DNA of 64,000 nt, taken from an uncultured Actinomycetota bacterium (GTDB taxonomy: Bacteria; Actinomycetota; Actinomycetes; Propionibacteriales; Nocardioidaceae). The notes under the pieces are model-generated. The model made no database searches. It saw nothing but the letters and a program-made list of their open reading frames with translations, and was not told the DNA's origin. Both the position numbers and the translations under genes were made by a program. Where the stretch lies: assembly GCA_963786595.1 (NCBI GenBank), contig CAWAZF010000003.1, positions 351-64,350 on the forward strand. Direction: 5' to 3'. Positions 20,652 to 32,383 of this stretch are shown piece after piece (position 1 is the first letter of the stretch; each line of letters starts with the position of its first letter).

Positions 20652-21754
20652 CAGAGACCGACTCCGAAGGGCTCGGTGAACCGGATGTCACCATCGAACA
20701 GGTCGCGCAGGTCGGCGATCTCGTAGCGTCCGGTGATGGTGCGGTCGAGACCCATGCCGAACGCGAAGCCGGAGTAGCGCTCGGGGTCGACGCCGCAGGC
20801 GATCAGCACCCGCGGATTGACGACGCCGCAGCCGCCCCACTCGATCCACCCCTCGCCCTTGCAGGTCCGGCAGTCGTCGACGACACCGGGCTCGTTGCGG
20901 CACACGTGACAGAGCAGGTCGACCTCGGCGCTGGGCTCGGTGAACGGGAAGTACGACGGACGGAACCGTGTCGTCGTCCCCTCCCCGAACATCGCCTCGG
21001 CGAAGTGGTCGAGCGTGCCCTTGAGGTGGGCCATCGACAGGCCTTCGTCGATCGCGAGGCCCTCGACCTGGTGGAACACCGGCGAGTGCGTGGCGTCGAG
21101 CTCGTCGGTGCGGAACACGCGTCCGGGGCAGGCGATGTAGATGGGCGGCTCGCGGGTGAGCATCGTGCGGGCCTGCACCGGCGACGTGTGCGTACGCAGC
21201 ACCATCGCCGCACTCTCGGGCTTGACCCAGAACGTGTCCTGCATGGTGCGGGCCGGGTGCTCGGGACCGAGGTTCAGCGCGTCGAAGTTGAGCCACTCGG
21301 CCTCGACCTCGGGACCTTCGGCGACCTCCCAGCCCATGGCGACGAAGATGTCGGCGACGTGCTCGGAGATCGTGGTGAGCGGGTGTCGCGAGCCGACCGG
21401 CTCGACGTCCCACGGCAAGGTGACGTCGACCCGCTCCGCCGCGAGCATGCGCTCCTCCTCGGCCGCCTCCACCTCGGCGGCCCTGGCCGTGAGGGCGTCA
21501 CTGACGGCGCCGCGAGCCTGGCCGACGCGCTGACCGGCCTCCTTGCGGGCCTGCGGCGGCAGGGCACCGATCTCGCGGTTGGCCAGAGCCAGGGGCGAGC
21601 GGTCGCCCGCGTGGTCGAGCCGTGCCTGTTTGAGCGCCTCCACCGTGTCCGCCGCCGCGATGGCCGCCAAGGCCTCGTCGCGCACGCGCTCCACTTCGTC
21701 GGCACGCAAGGGGGTCACCTCCACGGGGTCGTAGTCGGAGTTGGGCGCTGACAT
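20651..21754 (-). CDS. pheS: Phenylalanine--tRNA ligase alpha subunit
   Basis: HPARTMQDTF, LRTHTSPVQ, FPFTEPS, GFAFGMG. Confidence 0.98.
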   Translation of the reverse strand: MSAPNSDYDPVEVTPLRADEVERVRDEALAAIAAADTVEALKQARLDHAGDRSPLALANREIGALPPQARKEAGQRVGQARGAVSDALTARAAEVEAAEEERMLAAERVDVTLPWDVEPVGSRHPLTTISEHVADIFVAMGWEVAEGPEVEAEWLNFDALNLGPEHPARTMQDTFWVKPESAAMVLRTHTSPVQARTMLTREPPIYIACPGRVFRTDELDATHSPVFHQVEGLAIDEGLSMAHLKGTLDHFAEAMFGEGTTTRFRPSYFPFTEPSAEVDLLCHVCRNEPGVVDDCRTCKGEGWIEWGGCGVVNPRVLIACGVDPERYSGFAFGMGLDRTITGRYEIADLRDLFDGDIRFTEPFGVGL

Positions 21755-21805
21755 GCAGGCCTTTCGCGTTCGGAGTCGCTGGACAGTCTAGGGTCCGGCA
21801 CCCCC

Positions 21806-22837
21806 TCAATCGGTCAGGGCATCCGGCTCGTTGATCGGGAACCAGACCCGGATCAGGGCCCCGCCGCCGTCGGAGTCCTGGATGTCGATGTGCCCGCCGT
21901 GCTGTTCGACGATGCCGCGGGCGATGTACATGCCCAGTCCGCTGCCTGCGCCCGGACCCGAGCGCCAGAAGCGGCTGAACACACGCTGTCGACTCTCCTC
22001 GGGGATGCCAGGTCCGTTGTCGTGGACCTCCAGGTTGACCCCGTCGGGCGATTCCGTGTTCTGCACGAGAACCTGCCTGAGGCCGAAGCCGTGCCGCACG
22101 GCGTTCTCGACGAGGTTCGTGACGACCTGGATGATGCGGTCGTCGTCGCCCCACACGATGTCGAGATCGTCGCCGATGGTGACCTCGAACGGCTCCCCCG
22201 TTCCGCCGGACATGGTGGTGAGCACGTGCCGCACCAGCTCGTCGAGCCGCACCGGTCCGCGCCGCAGCGTGAGCCGGCCGGCATCGATGCGCGCGGCGTC
22301 GAGGAGCTCGGTGATGAGCCGGCTGAGCCGGTCGGCGTCGGCGTCGACGGTCTCGAGCATCAGATGGCGCTGATCCTCGGAGAACCGGTCCCACTTGGTC
22401 AGGAGGGTCGAGGTGAAGCCCTTGATGCCGGTGAGGGGTGATCGCAGCTCGTGCGCCACGGTGGCGACGAGGTCGGAGCGCTCACGGTCGCGCTGGTTGC
22501 GCACCCGGGCGTTGCGGACGCTCACGATGACGCGCTGCACGGGCCCGCCCGGTCGGTCCCGCACGAGCCGCGCCGTGATCAGGTACTCGCTCCCCCGTGG
22601 CGACCACCAGGCCTGCTCGGAGATGCGGGTCCGCGTGGAGAGTCCGTCGTAGGGACGGCTGCAGGTGTACCAGGTGTTGCCGTTGAGGTCGTCGAACGGC
22701 AGTGCTTCGTCGATCTGCATGCCGATCATCTCGTCGCCGGTGGCGCGCGCCATGGATCGGATGCGGTCGTTGACGTACTCGACCTTCCCGTCCGGTCCGG
22801 CGATCAGGACGCCGTCCGGGAAGTCGTCGAGGTCCAC
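21806..22837 (-). CDS. Soluble PAS-domain sensor histidine kinase (orphan)
   Basis: PAS-like N-terminus, HELRSPLTGIKG H-box, NLVENAVRH N-box, DNGPGI, GSGLGM; TAGATT 7 nt before GTG 22837. Confidence 0.88.
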   Translation of the reverse strand: MDLDDFPDGVLIAGPDGKVEYVNDRIRSMARATGDEMIGMQIDEALPFDDLNGNTWYTCSRPYDGLSTRTRISEQAWWSPRGSEYLITARLVRDRPGGPVQRVIVSVRNARVRNQRDRERSDLVATVAHELRSPLTGIKGFTSTLLTKWDRFSEDQRHLMLETVDADADRLSRLITELLDAARIDAGRLTLRRGPVRLDELVRHVLTTMSGGTGEPFEVTIGDDLDIVWGDDDRIIQVVTNLVENAVRHGFGLRQVLVQNTESPDGVNLEVHDNGPGIPEESRQRVFSRFWRSGPGAGSGLGMYIARGIVEQHGGHIDIQDSDGGGALIRVWFPINEPDALTD

Positions 22838-22873
22838 GCTCGACAATCTAGTACCGAATGACTAGGACGCGCC

Positions 22874-23689
22874 CTAGGCCGACGAGGAGGAGCGACGCGC
22901 CCACGCGGTGGCGTACAGGCAGACGGCGGCCGCGGTGGCGAGGTTGAGACTCTCGGCCCGTCCGAAGATGGGTACGGCCACCACGGCGTCGGCCAGGCCC
23001 CGGATCTCCTCGGGAAGTCCCCACGCCTCGTTGCCGAAGACCCACGCGGTCGGCGGCACCGGATCGACGCGGGTATCGAAGATGTCACGATCGCCCGAGG
23101 CGTCGGCGGCCAGGATCTGCAGGCGGCGCGATCGCAGCTCGGCCACCACCTCGGGGACGTCACGATGGACGACGATCGGGAGGTGGAACAGGCTGCCCGC
23201 ACTGGCGCGGACGGCCTTCGGATTGAGCGGGTCGACGCTGTCGCCGGCCAGGATGACGGCATCGGCGCCCACCGCGTCGGCGCATCGCACGACGGCGCCG
23301 GCATTGCCCGGGTCGCGGATGTCGGCGCACACGACGACGAACGTCGCGTCGGCCGGCAGCTCGGACAGCGAGCGCACCAGACTGCGGCAGCGGGCCACGA
23401 GGCCCTGCGGCGTGACGGAGTCGGCGACCTCGGCGACGACGTCGTCGGTGACCACGTGCCACTCGATGTCGGCAGCGATCGCCTGGGCCTGCAGCTCCGC
23501 GTGACGATCGGTGGCGTCGACGGACGCGAACACCTCGAGGACGACACCCGCCTCGGCAACCGCTTCACCGACCGCCTGGGGACCCTCGGCCAGGAACTCC
23601 TGCTCGGCGGCCCGGAACGAACGAGTGGCGAGCCGCCGAGCGTGCTTCACCCGTCCACTACGGACGGTGAGGGGCCCGGGACTCGCCAC
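22874..23689 (-). CDS. TrmH/SpoU-family RNA methyltransferase (start uncertain)
   Basis: IRDPGNAGAVVR, FGNEAWGL, ESLNLATAAAVCLY. Confidence 0.9.
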   Translation of the reverse strand: MASPGPLTVRSGRVKHARRLATRSFRAAEQEFLAEGPQAVGEAVAEAGVVLEVFASVDATDRHAELQAQAIAADIEWHVVTDDVVAEVADSVTPQGLVARCRSLVRSLSELPADATFVVVCADIRDPGNAGAVVRCADAVGADAVILAGDSVDPLNPKAVRASAGSLFHLPIVVHRDVPEVVAELRSRRLQILAADASGDRDIFDTRVDPVPPTAWVFGNEAWGLPEEIRGLADAVVAVPIFGRAESLNLATAAAVCLYATAWARRSSSSA

Positions 23690-23705
23690 GCGATTCAGAT
23701 CGTTG

Positions 23706-24122
23706 TCAGGCGGCGTCGTTGGCTGCGCCGTCTGTTGGGGCGCCGTCTCGAGGCGCATTGACGTCGGCCGGCAGGTTGTCCTTTGCGACCTGGACGAGCG
23801 CGGAGAACGCGGCGGGCTCGCTGATGGCGAGCTCGGCGAGGTTCTTGCGGTCGACCTCGACACCAGCAGCCTTGAGGCCCTGGATGAAACGGTTGTAGGT
23901 CATGCCCTCGGCACGGACGGCAGCGTTGATGCGCTGGATCCAGAGCCGGCGGAAGTCACCCTTGCGCGCCTTGCGGTCGCGGTAGGAGTAGACCAGCGAG
24001 TGCGTGACCTGTTCCTTGGCCTTGCGGTAGAGGCGCGACCGCTGACCGCGGTAGCCCGAAGCGCGCTCGAGGGTCTCTCGGCGCTTCTTCTGTGCGTTGA
24101 CAGAACGCTTGACGCGTGCCAT
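23706..24122 (-). CDS. rplT: 50S ribosomal protein bL20
   Basis: [27 protein letters not shown]. Confidence 0.98.
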   Translation of the reverse strand: MARVKRSVNAQKKRRETLERASGYRGQRSRLYRKAKEQVTHSLVYSYRDRKARKGDFRRLWIQRINAAVRAEGMTYNRFIQGLKAAGVEVDRKNLAELAISEPAAFSALVQVAKDNLPADVNAPRDGAPTDGAANDAA

Positions 24123-24186
24123 CTCAGTTCTCCTTCAAACGGGTACGTGGGGGCTGGGCCCATGGTGTTGGGCAAATACGTCGGGA

Positions 24187-24381
24187 TCAGCGACCGAGCA
24201 GCTTCTTGACCCTCTTGGTGTCGGCCTTCGACACCTCGACCGTGCCGGCGAGCCGACGCGTACGGGTGCTGGGCTTGTGCTCCAAGAGGTGGCGACGGTT
24301 GGCCTGCTCGCGGCGCAGCTTGCCCTTGCCGGTGATCTTGACGCGCTTCTTCATGCCCGAGTGGGGCTTGAACTTCGGCAT
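24187..24381 (-). CDS. rpmI: 50S ribosomal protein bL35
   Basis: [21 protein letters not shown]. Confidence 0.98.
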   Translation of the reverse strand: MPKFKPHSGMKKRVKITGKGKLRREQANRRHLLEHKPSTRTRRLAGTVEVSKADTKRVKKLLGR

Positions 24382-25071
24382 CTATGCCTCCATGTCTGGA
24401 TCGAGGTTCTCGGAACGACGCCTGGGCTTCTTGGGCGTCGCGGTCTTCTTCTGTTCTTCGCGGTGGGCCTTCTCGGCCTCCGCCTCGGCCTCGCGCTCCG
24501 CGGCCTTCTCGGCGGTGCTGCGGGCCTTCTCGGCCTTCACTTCCGCCTGGGCTTCGGACTTCTTCTTGAGTGGCGCGATCACCATCGTCATGTTGCGGCC
24601 GTCCTGGCGGGGATGCGCCTCGACGATGCCGAGATCCTCGACGTCTTCGGCCAGCTTCTGCAGCAACCGGTACCCGAGCTCGGGTCGGTGCTGCTCGCGG
24701 CCTCGGAACATGATCGTGATCTTGACCTTGTCGCCGGCCCGGAGGAACCGCACGACGTGACCCTTTTTGGTGTCGTAGTCGTGCTGGTCGATCTTCGGGC
24801 GGAGCTTCATCTCCTTGATGACGGTGTTCGTCTGGTTGCGACGCGACTCGCGTGCCTTCTGGGCGGCTTCGTACTTGAACTTGCCGTAGTCCATGAGCCG
24901 GCACACCGGCGGACGTGCCGTCGGTGCGACCTCGACGAGATCGAGATCTGCTTCGGCGGCGAGACGTAGGGCATCTTCGATGCGGACGATGCCGACCTGT
25001 TCGCCGCCGGGGCCGACGAGTCGGACCTCCGGAACGCGGATGCGGTCGTTGACGCGCAGCTCTGTGGTGAT
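24382..25071 (-). CDS. infC: Translation initiation factor IF-3 with ATC start codon
   Basis: [32 protein letters not shown]; GGAGG-ATCC-ATC start context; charged C-terminal extension. Confidence 0.95.
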   Translation of the reverse strand: MTTELRVNDRIRVPEVRLVGPGGEQVGIVRIEDALRLAAEADLDLVEVAPTARPPVCRLMDYGKFKYEAAQKARESRRNQTNTVIKEMKLRPKIDQHDYDTKKGHVVRFLRAGDKVKITIMFRGREQHRPELGYRLLQKLAEDVEDLGIVEAHPRQDGRNMTMVIAPLKKKSEAQAEVKAEKARSTAEKAAEREAEAEAEKAHREEQKKTATPKKPRRRSENLDPDMEA

Positions 25072-25260
25072 GGATCCTCCTGTGGTCGTGTGGGAGGCCA
25101 CGAAAAATGGCCCCCGTCCCGAAACGAAGGCCACCCAGGCGACGAATACGCGCCCTCTCGAGCACGGCTCACGCCGTCGGTCGGGCGTACCGACCGAATA
25201 CCCCACGATCTTGCGATCGAGAAGGTGGGAGGTGGACCTCCACTTCAGGTCTCCAGACTA
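25072..25260 (-). promoter_or_regulatory. infC -10 (TAGTCT, 25255-25260) and structured 5' leader of about 175 nt
   Basis: Hairpins CGATC-GCAA-GATCG (25206-25219), TCGGTCGG-N5-CCGACCGA (25177-25197) and a 7-bp stem at 25094-25114. Confidence 0.55.
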
Positions 25261-25299
25261 CCAGCGTCCGTGTGCGCTCGTGAAATCGACCGGTCGGGC

Positions 25300-25758
25300 T
25301 CAGGCCAGCCAGGCCGGGCCTGCGTCGGTGCTCACCAGACGGTGTCCGGCCGCCAGGTGCTCGACGTCGGCCGTCTCGACCACGGTGAACGAGGGGCTGC
25401 CCAGGTCGAGCAGCACGGCCGCCGCGCCTTCGTCGATCGCGGCGCGGGCGGCGGCGTGCCCCCACACCGGGACCGGACGCGCCTCCCGGTTCCACGCGGT
25501 CATCGTGGCGACGCTGCTGAACGCCAGCAGCGCTGTGCGCCCGTCGGCACCCGTCATGAGGACGGCCGCCATGTCAGCCACCTTGTCCGAGTCCGAAGGG
25601 GTGTCGCTCAGCAGTGCCACGACCGGGACGAACACCCGGACGCCGCCGAGGACCGCGAGCACCCGGGTGTCGTCGCCGAATGCCTCGGCGAGCGCCGGGT
25701 CGACGGCGCCGTCGTCGTCGGGGAAGGCAGGCTCGGCGAGTGACGGTCGGTGCGTCAC
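25300..25758 (-). CDS. SseB N-terminal-domain protein
   Basis: FPDDDG, RVFVPVVA, DMAAVLMTGADGRTALLAFSS, ARPVPV. Confidence 0.85.
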   Translation of the reverse strand: MTHRPSLAEPAFPDDDGAVDPALAEAFGDDTRVLAVLGGVRVFVPVVALLSDTPSDSDKVADMAAVLMTGADGRTALLAFSSVATMTAWNREARPVPVWGHAAARAAIDEGAAAVLLDLGSPSFTVVETADVEHLAAGHRLVSTDAGPAWLA

Positions 25759-26168
25759 GAGATCCGCCGCACGAGATCCTGCACCGCGTCGCCGGCCGCA
25801 TCGCCGTCGCTGCCCTGGATGGCGAACAGCATCACGCGTTCGTCGTCGTGCAGCACGAGGGTCGGCCACGGTGCGCCGCGGTTCATCGAGATGCCGCGCA
25901 TCACGCCCCAGGGGATGCGCCGCCGGCGGTACCCGTTGAGCACCTCGATGCCGGTGTCGTCCACACGCACGTAGCTGCGACCGATGCCGTGCAGGATGGC
26001 CAGCATCGCCAGCAGCGTGAATGCCAGCGTGACGAGCTCGAACGGCGTGAACGTGATCTCCGGCGGCAGCGCGATGCCGACGACGATCGTGACGGCGATG
26101 AGCGCGACGCACCCTCCGTAGGCGACCACGCGGGCCCCCATCGGACGGTACGTCGTCACAGCCGGCAC
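25755..26168 (-). CDS. Bacterial PH-domain membrane protein
   Basis: Two TM helices followed by VDDTGIEVLNGYRRRRIPW; typical hisG neighbour. Confidence 0.8.
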   Translation of the reverse strand: MPAVTTYRPMGARVVAYGGCVALIAVTIVVGIALPPEITFTPFELVTLAFTLLAMLAILHGIGRSYVRVDDTGIEVLNGYRRRRIPWGVMRGISMNRGAPWPTLVLHDDERVMLFAIQGSDGDAAGDAVQDLVRRIS

Positions 26169-27004
26169 GCCAGGATGTCCGTCACGAGGATTCCGCGGGC
26201 ACCGACTTCGAAGAGTGCGTCCATGATCTTCTGGGCTCCGTCGCGCGGCACCATCGAGCGCACCTCGACCCAGCCCTCGCGCCGCAGCGGCGATATGGTG
26301 GGCGAGTCGATGCCGGGCGTGAGCTCGACCGCTCGCTCGACGTGCTCGACCGGGATGTCGTACTCCATCATCACGTAGGTGCGGGCGACGAGGACGCCGT
26401 CGAGGCGACGCTTGAAGGTCTCGTACCCGGCGGGCATCCGTCCCTCACCGTTGTGGGTGATGAGCACCGCCTCGGACGACAGGATCGGATCGCCGAAGAC
26501 CTCCAGGTCGGCCTGGCGCAGCGTGCTGCCCGTCTCGACGACATCGGCGATCGCGTCCGCGACGCCCAGCCGCACCGACGACTCGACGGCGCCGTCCAGC
26601 CGCACGACGGACGCCTCGATGCCGCGCTCGGCGAGGTAGGCCTCGACGATGCCCTGGTAGGACGTCGCGATGCGCGCGCCGGCGAGGTCGGCCACATCGC
26701 TCATCCGACCGGACGGCGCGGCGAAGCGGAACGTGGACGCGCCGAAGCCCAGCGGCATCGCCTCGGCGGCATGCGCGCCGGAGTCGAGCAGCAGGTCACG
26801 TCCGGTGATGCCCACGTCGAGCGTCCCCTCCCCCACGTAGATCGCGATGTCGCGTGGACGCAGGTAGAAGAACTCGACGTCGTTGTCGGCGTCGATCGTG
26901 ACGAGGTCCTTGGTGCTGCGGCGCTGGCGGTAGCCGGCTTCAGCCAGCATCTGGGCGGCGGACTCGGCGAGGGCACCCTTGTTGGGCACGGCAACGGTGA
27001 GCAT
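26156..27004 (-). CDS. hisG: ATP phosphoribosyltransferase (long form)
   Basis: VAVPNKG, LRPRDIA, DVGITGRD, ADVVETGSTL, SPTISPL. Confidence 0.97.
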   Translation of the reverse strand: MLTVAVPNKGALAESAAQMLAEAGYRQRRSTKDLVTIDADNDVEFFYLRPRDIAIYVGEGTLDVGITGRDLLLDSGAHAAEAMPLGFGASTFRFAAPSGRMSDVADLAGARIATSYQGIVEAYLAERGIEASVVRLDGAVESSVRLGVADAIADVVETGSTLRQADLEVFGDPILSSEAVLITHNGEGRMPAGYETFKRRLDGVLVARTYVMMEYDIPVEHVERAVELTPGIDSPTISPLRREGWVEVRSMVPRDGAQKIMDALFEVGARGILVTDILACRL

Positions 27005-27086
27005 AGGTCTCTCTTTTCAGGCGAAGGTGACGGGCAAGCTGTGCTGACGAATGGGGGCACGGATGGACGTGTGGGTCGTCCACCCG

Positions 27087-27350
27087 TCACAGATGCGCGT
27101 AGACGTCCTCGAGGCCGATCCCCTTCGCGAGCATCATGACCTGGGCGTGGTACAGCAACTGGCTGATCTCCTCGGCGGCGCGGTCGGCGCTCTCGTGCTC
27201 GGCCGCCATCCAGGACTCAGCCGCCTCCTCGATCAGCTTCTTGCCGATCTCGTGCACGCCGGCATCGAGCTCGGCGACGGTGCGCGAGCCCTCGGGACGT
27301 GCGAGCGCCTTGTCGGCGAGCTCGGCGAACAGCTGGTCGAAGGTCTTCAT
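27087..27350 (-). CDS. hisE: Phosphoribosyl-ATP diphosphatase
   Basis: [30 protein letters not shown]. Confidence 0.96.
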   Translation of the reverse strand: MKTFDQLFAELADKALARPEGSRTVAELDAGVHEIGKKLIEEAAESWMAAEHESADRAAEEISQLLYHAQVMMLAKGIGLEDVYAHL

Positions 27351-27421
27351 CGTGTCCCCAGCGTATCGGCTCCACCGCCGCCACCCGCGCGGATCGTCGG
27401 GACCGTGGCATTCTGACGACC

Positions 27422-28027
27422 GTGAGGCTCCCGAACTCCGCGCACGAATCGCAGCCCTGGCGGATCCACGAGATCGTCGCCGACTTCACGCTCGAGGACG
27501 TCTGGGAGCTCCCGGCGGAGGGCGGGCCCGAGGACTTCCAGAAGCTGCTCGAGCTGGGCACGTCCCTCGACCCGGCCAACGCCGACTCCCTGCCGGCCCG
27601 CACACTGTGGCGCATCCGGGATCGCCTCGGCGCCTGGTTCGACCTCGGGCGGATCTCGGAACCAGATCACGGTGGAGGTGGGCTGCCGATTCCCGGGACG
27701 GACGAGACCTCGCTCGCGGAGCGCCTGCCGGACGACCTGCGTGCCTCGCCGTGGGACCACGACTTCGGGTCCTTGCCGTTCCACCCGCTGTACCGCACCG
27801 CCACCGAGGCGGCGGCGGAGATCTCGAACAAGACCGTGCACGGCGTGATGCACCTGGCCTGGGTCGACCAGGATGACGGTCGCTACCGAGGCCAGATGGC
27901 CGTCTACGTCAAGCCGCGCGGACCCTTCGGCACGGCCTACATGGCCTTCATCAAGCCGTTCCGCTACTGGGTCGTCTACCCGGCGCTCCTGCGCCAGGTC
28001 GAGCGTCGGTGGAACCGTCAGGCCTGA
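27422..28027 (+). CDS. DUF2867-like protein
   Basis: [43 protein letters not shown]; CATTCT 7 nt before the GTG; 3' end overlaps ribH by 10 nt. Confidence 0.7.
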   Translation: MRLPNSAHESQPWRIHEIVADFTLEDVWELPAEGGPEDFQKLLELGTSLDPANADSLPARTLWRIRDRLGAWFDLGRISEPDHGGGGLPIPGTDETSLAERLPDDLRASPWDHDFGSLPFHPLYRTATEAAAEISNKTVHGVMHLAWVDQDDGRYRGQMAVYVKPRGPFGTAYMAFIKPFRYWVVYPALLRQVERRWNRQA

Positions 28028-28490
28028 TCAAGCCCGCGCAGCACGCTCCACGTCGACAGGGCCGCCTCCGCAGCCTCACGGCCCTTGTCCTCACTGCTCT
28101 CGGGCAGACCCGCGCGGTCGAGGGCCTGCTGCTCGTCGTCGCAGGTGAGCAGGCCGAACCCGATCGGCACACCGGTGTCGAGGGCCACGCGGGCCAGACC
28201 GTCGGTGGCGGCGGCGGAGACGTACTCGAAGTGCGGCGTGCCCCCGCGGATGATGACGCCCAGCGCCACGACGGCGTCGTACCCGGCGGCGGCGCAGGCC
28301 TGGGCCAGCAGCGGCAGCTCGAACGAGCCCGGCGCCCGCAGCACCGTGACATCGGTGACCCCGGCGTCGTTGAGGGCGCGTTGGGCGCCGGCGAGCAGAC
28401 CGTCCATCACCGGCTGGTGCCAGCTGGACGCGATCACCGCGACCCTGGTCTCGGAGCCGTCGACCTGCAGCTCGGGCGCTCCGTGTCCAC

Positions 28491-28494
<4 letters not shown>
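28018..28494 (-). CDS. ribH: 6,7-dimethyl-8-ribityllumazine synthase
   Basis: [33 protein letters not shown]. Confidence 0.97.
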
Positions 28495-29806
<1,312 letters not shown>

Positions 29807-29810
<4 letters not shown>

Positions 29811-30415
29811 GGTGAGTCTCCTTCGTTGCGAGCGGCGAGGAGCCGCTCCACGTACTTGGCGAGGACGTCGACCTCGAGGTTGACCCGGTCGCCGGGGTCG
29901 CGGGTGCCGAGCGTGGTGTCGGCGAGCGTGGTCGGGATGAGGGACACCGAGAACCACTCGTCGCCCGCCTCGACGACCGTCAGCGACACCCCGTCGACGG
30001 TGATCGAGCCCTTCTCGACCAGGTAGCGCGCGAGACCGTCGGGCAGCGAGAACCGCAGGACGTGCCAGTTCTCGCTCGGCGTACGGTCGATCAGGCGTCC
30101 GGTGCCGTCGACGTGGCCCTGCACGATGTGGCCTCCCATGCGGGCGCCGGCCGCCAGCGCACGTTCGAGGTTGACCTCGGAGCCTTCGACGAGGTCGCCC
30201 AGCGACGTCCGCTCGAGCGACTCGGCCATGACGTCGGCGGTGAACGCGTCGCCGTCGAGACCGGCCACGGTGAGGCAGCATCCGTTGACCGAGATCGAAT
30301 CGCCGTGCGCGGCGTCCGTCGTGACGACGGGTCCGCGGATGGTGAGGCGCACCGCGTCGCCGAGCTGTACCAGCGCGGTGACGGTGCCCTTCTCCTCGAC
30401 GAGTCCGGTGAACAT
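29807..30415 (-). CDS. ribE: Riboflavin synthase
   Basis: [36 protein letters not shown]. Confidence 0.97.
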
Positions 30416-31467
30416 CAGTCCATCTCCTCCCGCGGGCAGGGGCCCGGCGTGCCGATGATGCGGATGTCGGGGCCGATCCTGCGCAGGTCCTGGATCTCGA
30501 TCGGGCGCAGGTCGGCCAGCGTGGTGGCCTCGCCCTCCAGCGCCGCACGGCCGGAGCCGAGCATGGCCGGGGCGATGTAGCCGATGACGCGGTCGATGTA
30601 GCCGGCGTTCCAGAACGCCCCGGCCAGGCGCGGCCCACCCTCCAGCCACACGTGCCGCACGTCTCGCTCGACCATGGCCTCGAGCACCGTGTCGGGGTCG
30701 CGGGTGGGCAGGACCAGGGTCGGAGCCACCCGGTCGAAGACCCGGAAGTACGACGGGATCGTGGTCTCGCCGACGACGACCCGGAGGGGCTGACGGTCGT
30801 AGGGCAGCGGAAGGTCGTCCTCCCCGCGCGCCGTGAGGCGTGGGTCGTCGGCGAGCACGGCCCCGGTGCCGGCCATGATGGCGTCGACCTCGGCTCGGAA
30901 GACCTGGACGTCAGCCCGCGCCTGGGCGCTGGTGATCCACTTGCTGCTGCCGTCGGGGGCGGCACTGAGGCCGTCCATGGTGGCGGCGTACTTCCAGGTC
31001 ACGAACGGGCGCCCGCGGGTGACCGCAAACGTCCACTCGACGTTGAGAGCTTCCGCCTCGTCCGCCAGGACGCCGGACTCGACCTCGATCCCGGCCTTGC
31101 GGAGCGCCTTCACTCCCCCGGCAGCAGCCGGGTCGGGATCGGTCTGGGCGTGCACGACGCGCGCGACACCGGCGGCGACGAGCGCCTTGGTGCAGGGTCC
31201 GGTGCGTCCGGTGTGGTTGCAGGGCTCGAGCGTGACGACGGCGATGGCACCCTTGGCCTCGTCGCCGGCCTGGGCGAGCGCGTCGATCTCCGCGTGCGGC
31301 GTCCCCGCGCCGTGGTGAACCCCTACCGCGATCTCGGTGCCGTCCGGGCGTAGCAGGACGCATCCCACGCGAGGATTGGGGAGGGTGCGCGGCACGGCGC
31401 GCGCCGCCGCGATCGCCGTCCGCATGGCCTCGCGGATGCGATCGTCGGAGATGGTGCTGGTCGCCAT
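30415..31467 (-). CDS. ribD: Riboflavin biosynthesis deaminase/reductase
   Basis: [32 protein letters not shown]. Confidence 0.97.
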   Translation of the reverse strand: MATSTISDDRIREAMRTAIAAARAVPRTLPNPRVGCVLLRPDGTEIAVGVHHGAGTPHAEIDALAQAGDEAKGAIAVVTLEPCNHTGRTGPCTKALVAAGVARVVHAQTDPDPAAAGGVKALRKAGIEVESGVLADEAEALNVEWTFAVTRGRPFVTWKYAATMDGLSAAPDGSSKWITSAQARADVQVFRAEVDAIMAGTGAVLADDPRLTARGEDDLPLPYDRQPLRVVVGETTIPSYFRVFDRVAPTLVLPTRDPDTVLEAMVERDVRHVWLEGGPRLAGAFWNAGYIDRVIGYIAPAMLGSGRAALEGEATTLADLRPIEIQDLRRIGPDIRIIGTPGPCPREEMD

Positions 31468-31537
31468 CTGCTCCTCCGGTCCGGTGCTGGCGCACCTCCG
31501 GGGAGACGGGTCGCCGCCATGACACGTGGCGGTACCG

Positions 31538-31667
31538 GCGTGCGCCTCCCATCCGGACTTTCACCGTCGGTGCCGGAATTCCACCGGCTCAACCAAGTCC
31601 CAGACTGCAGGACCCGGGTCGCGGACTATGACCGCCGGCTCGGAATTTCACCGACCCCGGAGCACGC
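31538..31667 (-). ncRNA. FMN riboswitch (RFN element)
   Basis: GGGGTCGGTGAAATTCCGAGCCGGCGGT...AGTCCGCGA...CCGGTGGAATTCCGGCACCGACGGTGAAAGTCCGGATGGGAG with P1 GCGTGC/GCACGC; -10 TAGACT at 31691-31696; upstream of ribD. Confidence 0.97.
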
Positions 31668-31704
31668 GAGCATGTTGCTCGTCAGTGGACAGTCTACCCG
31701 CCGG

Positions 31705-32373
31705 TCACTCGCCGGGTGCATGCTGCTCGGCCTGCAAGCGCAGCTGGGCGACCATGGCGTCCGGGTCGTCGGCGCCGAACACGGCTGATCCGGCCACGAA
31801 CACGTCGGCTCCTGCCTCGGCGCAGCGGTCGATCGTCTCGGCCGAGACGCCGCCGTCGACCTGCAGCCAGATGTCGCCGCCATGCTTGTCGAGCAGCTCG
31901 CGAGTGCGACGGATCTTGGGCAGGCAGACGTCGAGGAAGGCCTGGCCGCCGAATCCGGGCTCGACCGTCATCAGGAGCACCATGTCGAGCTCCGGCAGCA
32001 GGTCCTCGTAGGGCTCGATGGGAGTGGCTGGGCGCAGCGCCATCGACGCCCGGGCGCCCTTGGCCCGGATCTCGCGCGCCAGCCGGACCGGGGCCTGCGC
32101 GGCTTCGACGTGGAACGTGACGCTCTGCGCGCCGGCCTCGACGTAGGCGGGTGCCCAACGGTCGGGCTCGGTGATCATGAGGTGGGCGTCGATGGGCTGG
32201 CGGGCTACCTTCGCGAGCGCCTCGACCACGGGTACGCCGATCGTCAGGTTCGGCACGAAGTGGTTGTCCATCACGTCCACGTGCAGCCAGTCGGCCCCGG
32301 CAACCCTTGCGGCCTCGGCCTCGAGGTTCGCGAAGTCCGCCGACAGCATGCTCGGCGCGATCTGGATACCCAT
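31705..32373 (-). CDS. rpe: Ribulose-phosphate 3-epimerase
   Basis: [37 protein letters not shown]. Confidence 0.97.
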   Translation of the reverse strand: MGIQIAPSMLSADFANLEAEAARVAGADWLHVDVMDNHFVPNLTIGVPVVEALAKVARQPIDAHLMITEPDRWAPAYVEAGAQSVTFHVEAAQAPVRLAREIRAKGARASMALRPATPIEPYEDLLPELDMVLLMTVEPGFGGQAFLDVCLPKIRRTRELLDKHGGDIWLQVDGGVSAETIDRCAEAGADVFVAGSAVFGADDPDAMVAQLRLQAEQHAPGE

Positions 32374-32383
32374 GGTTCGCAGC

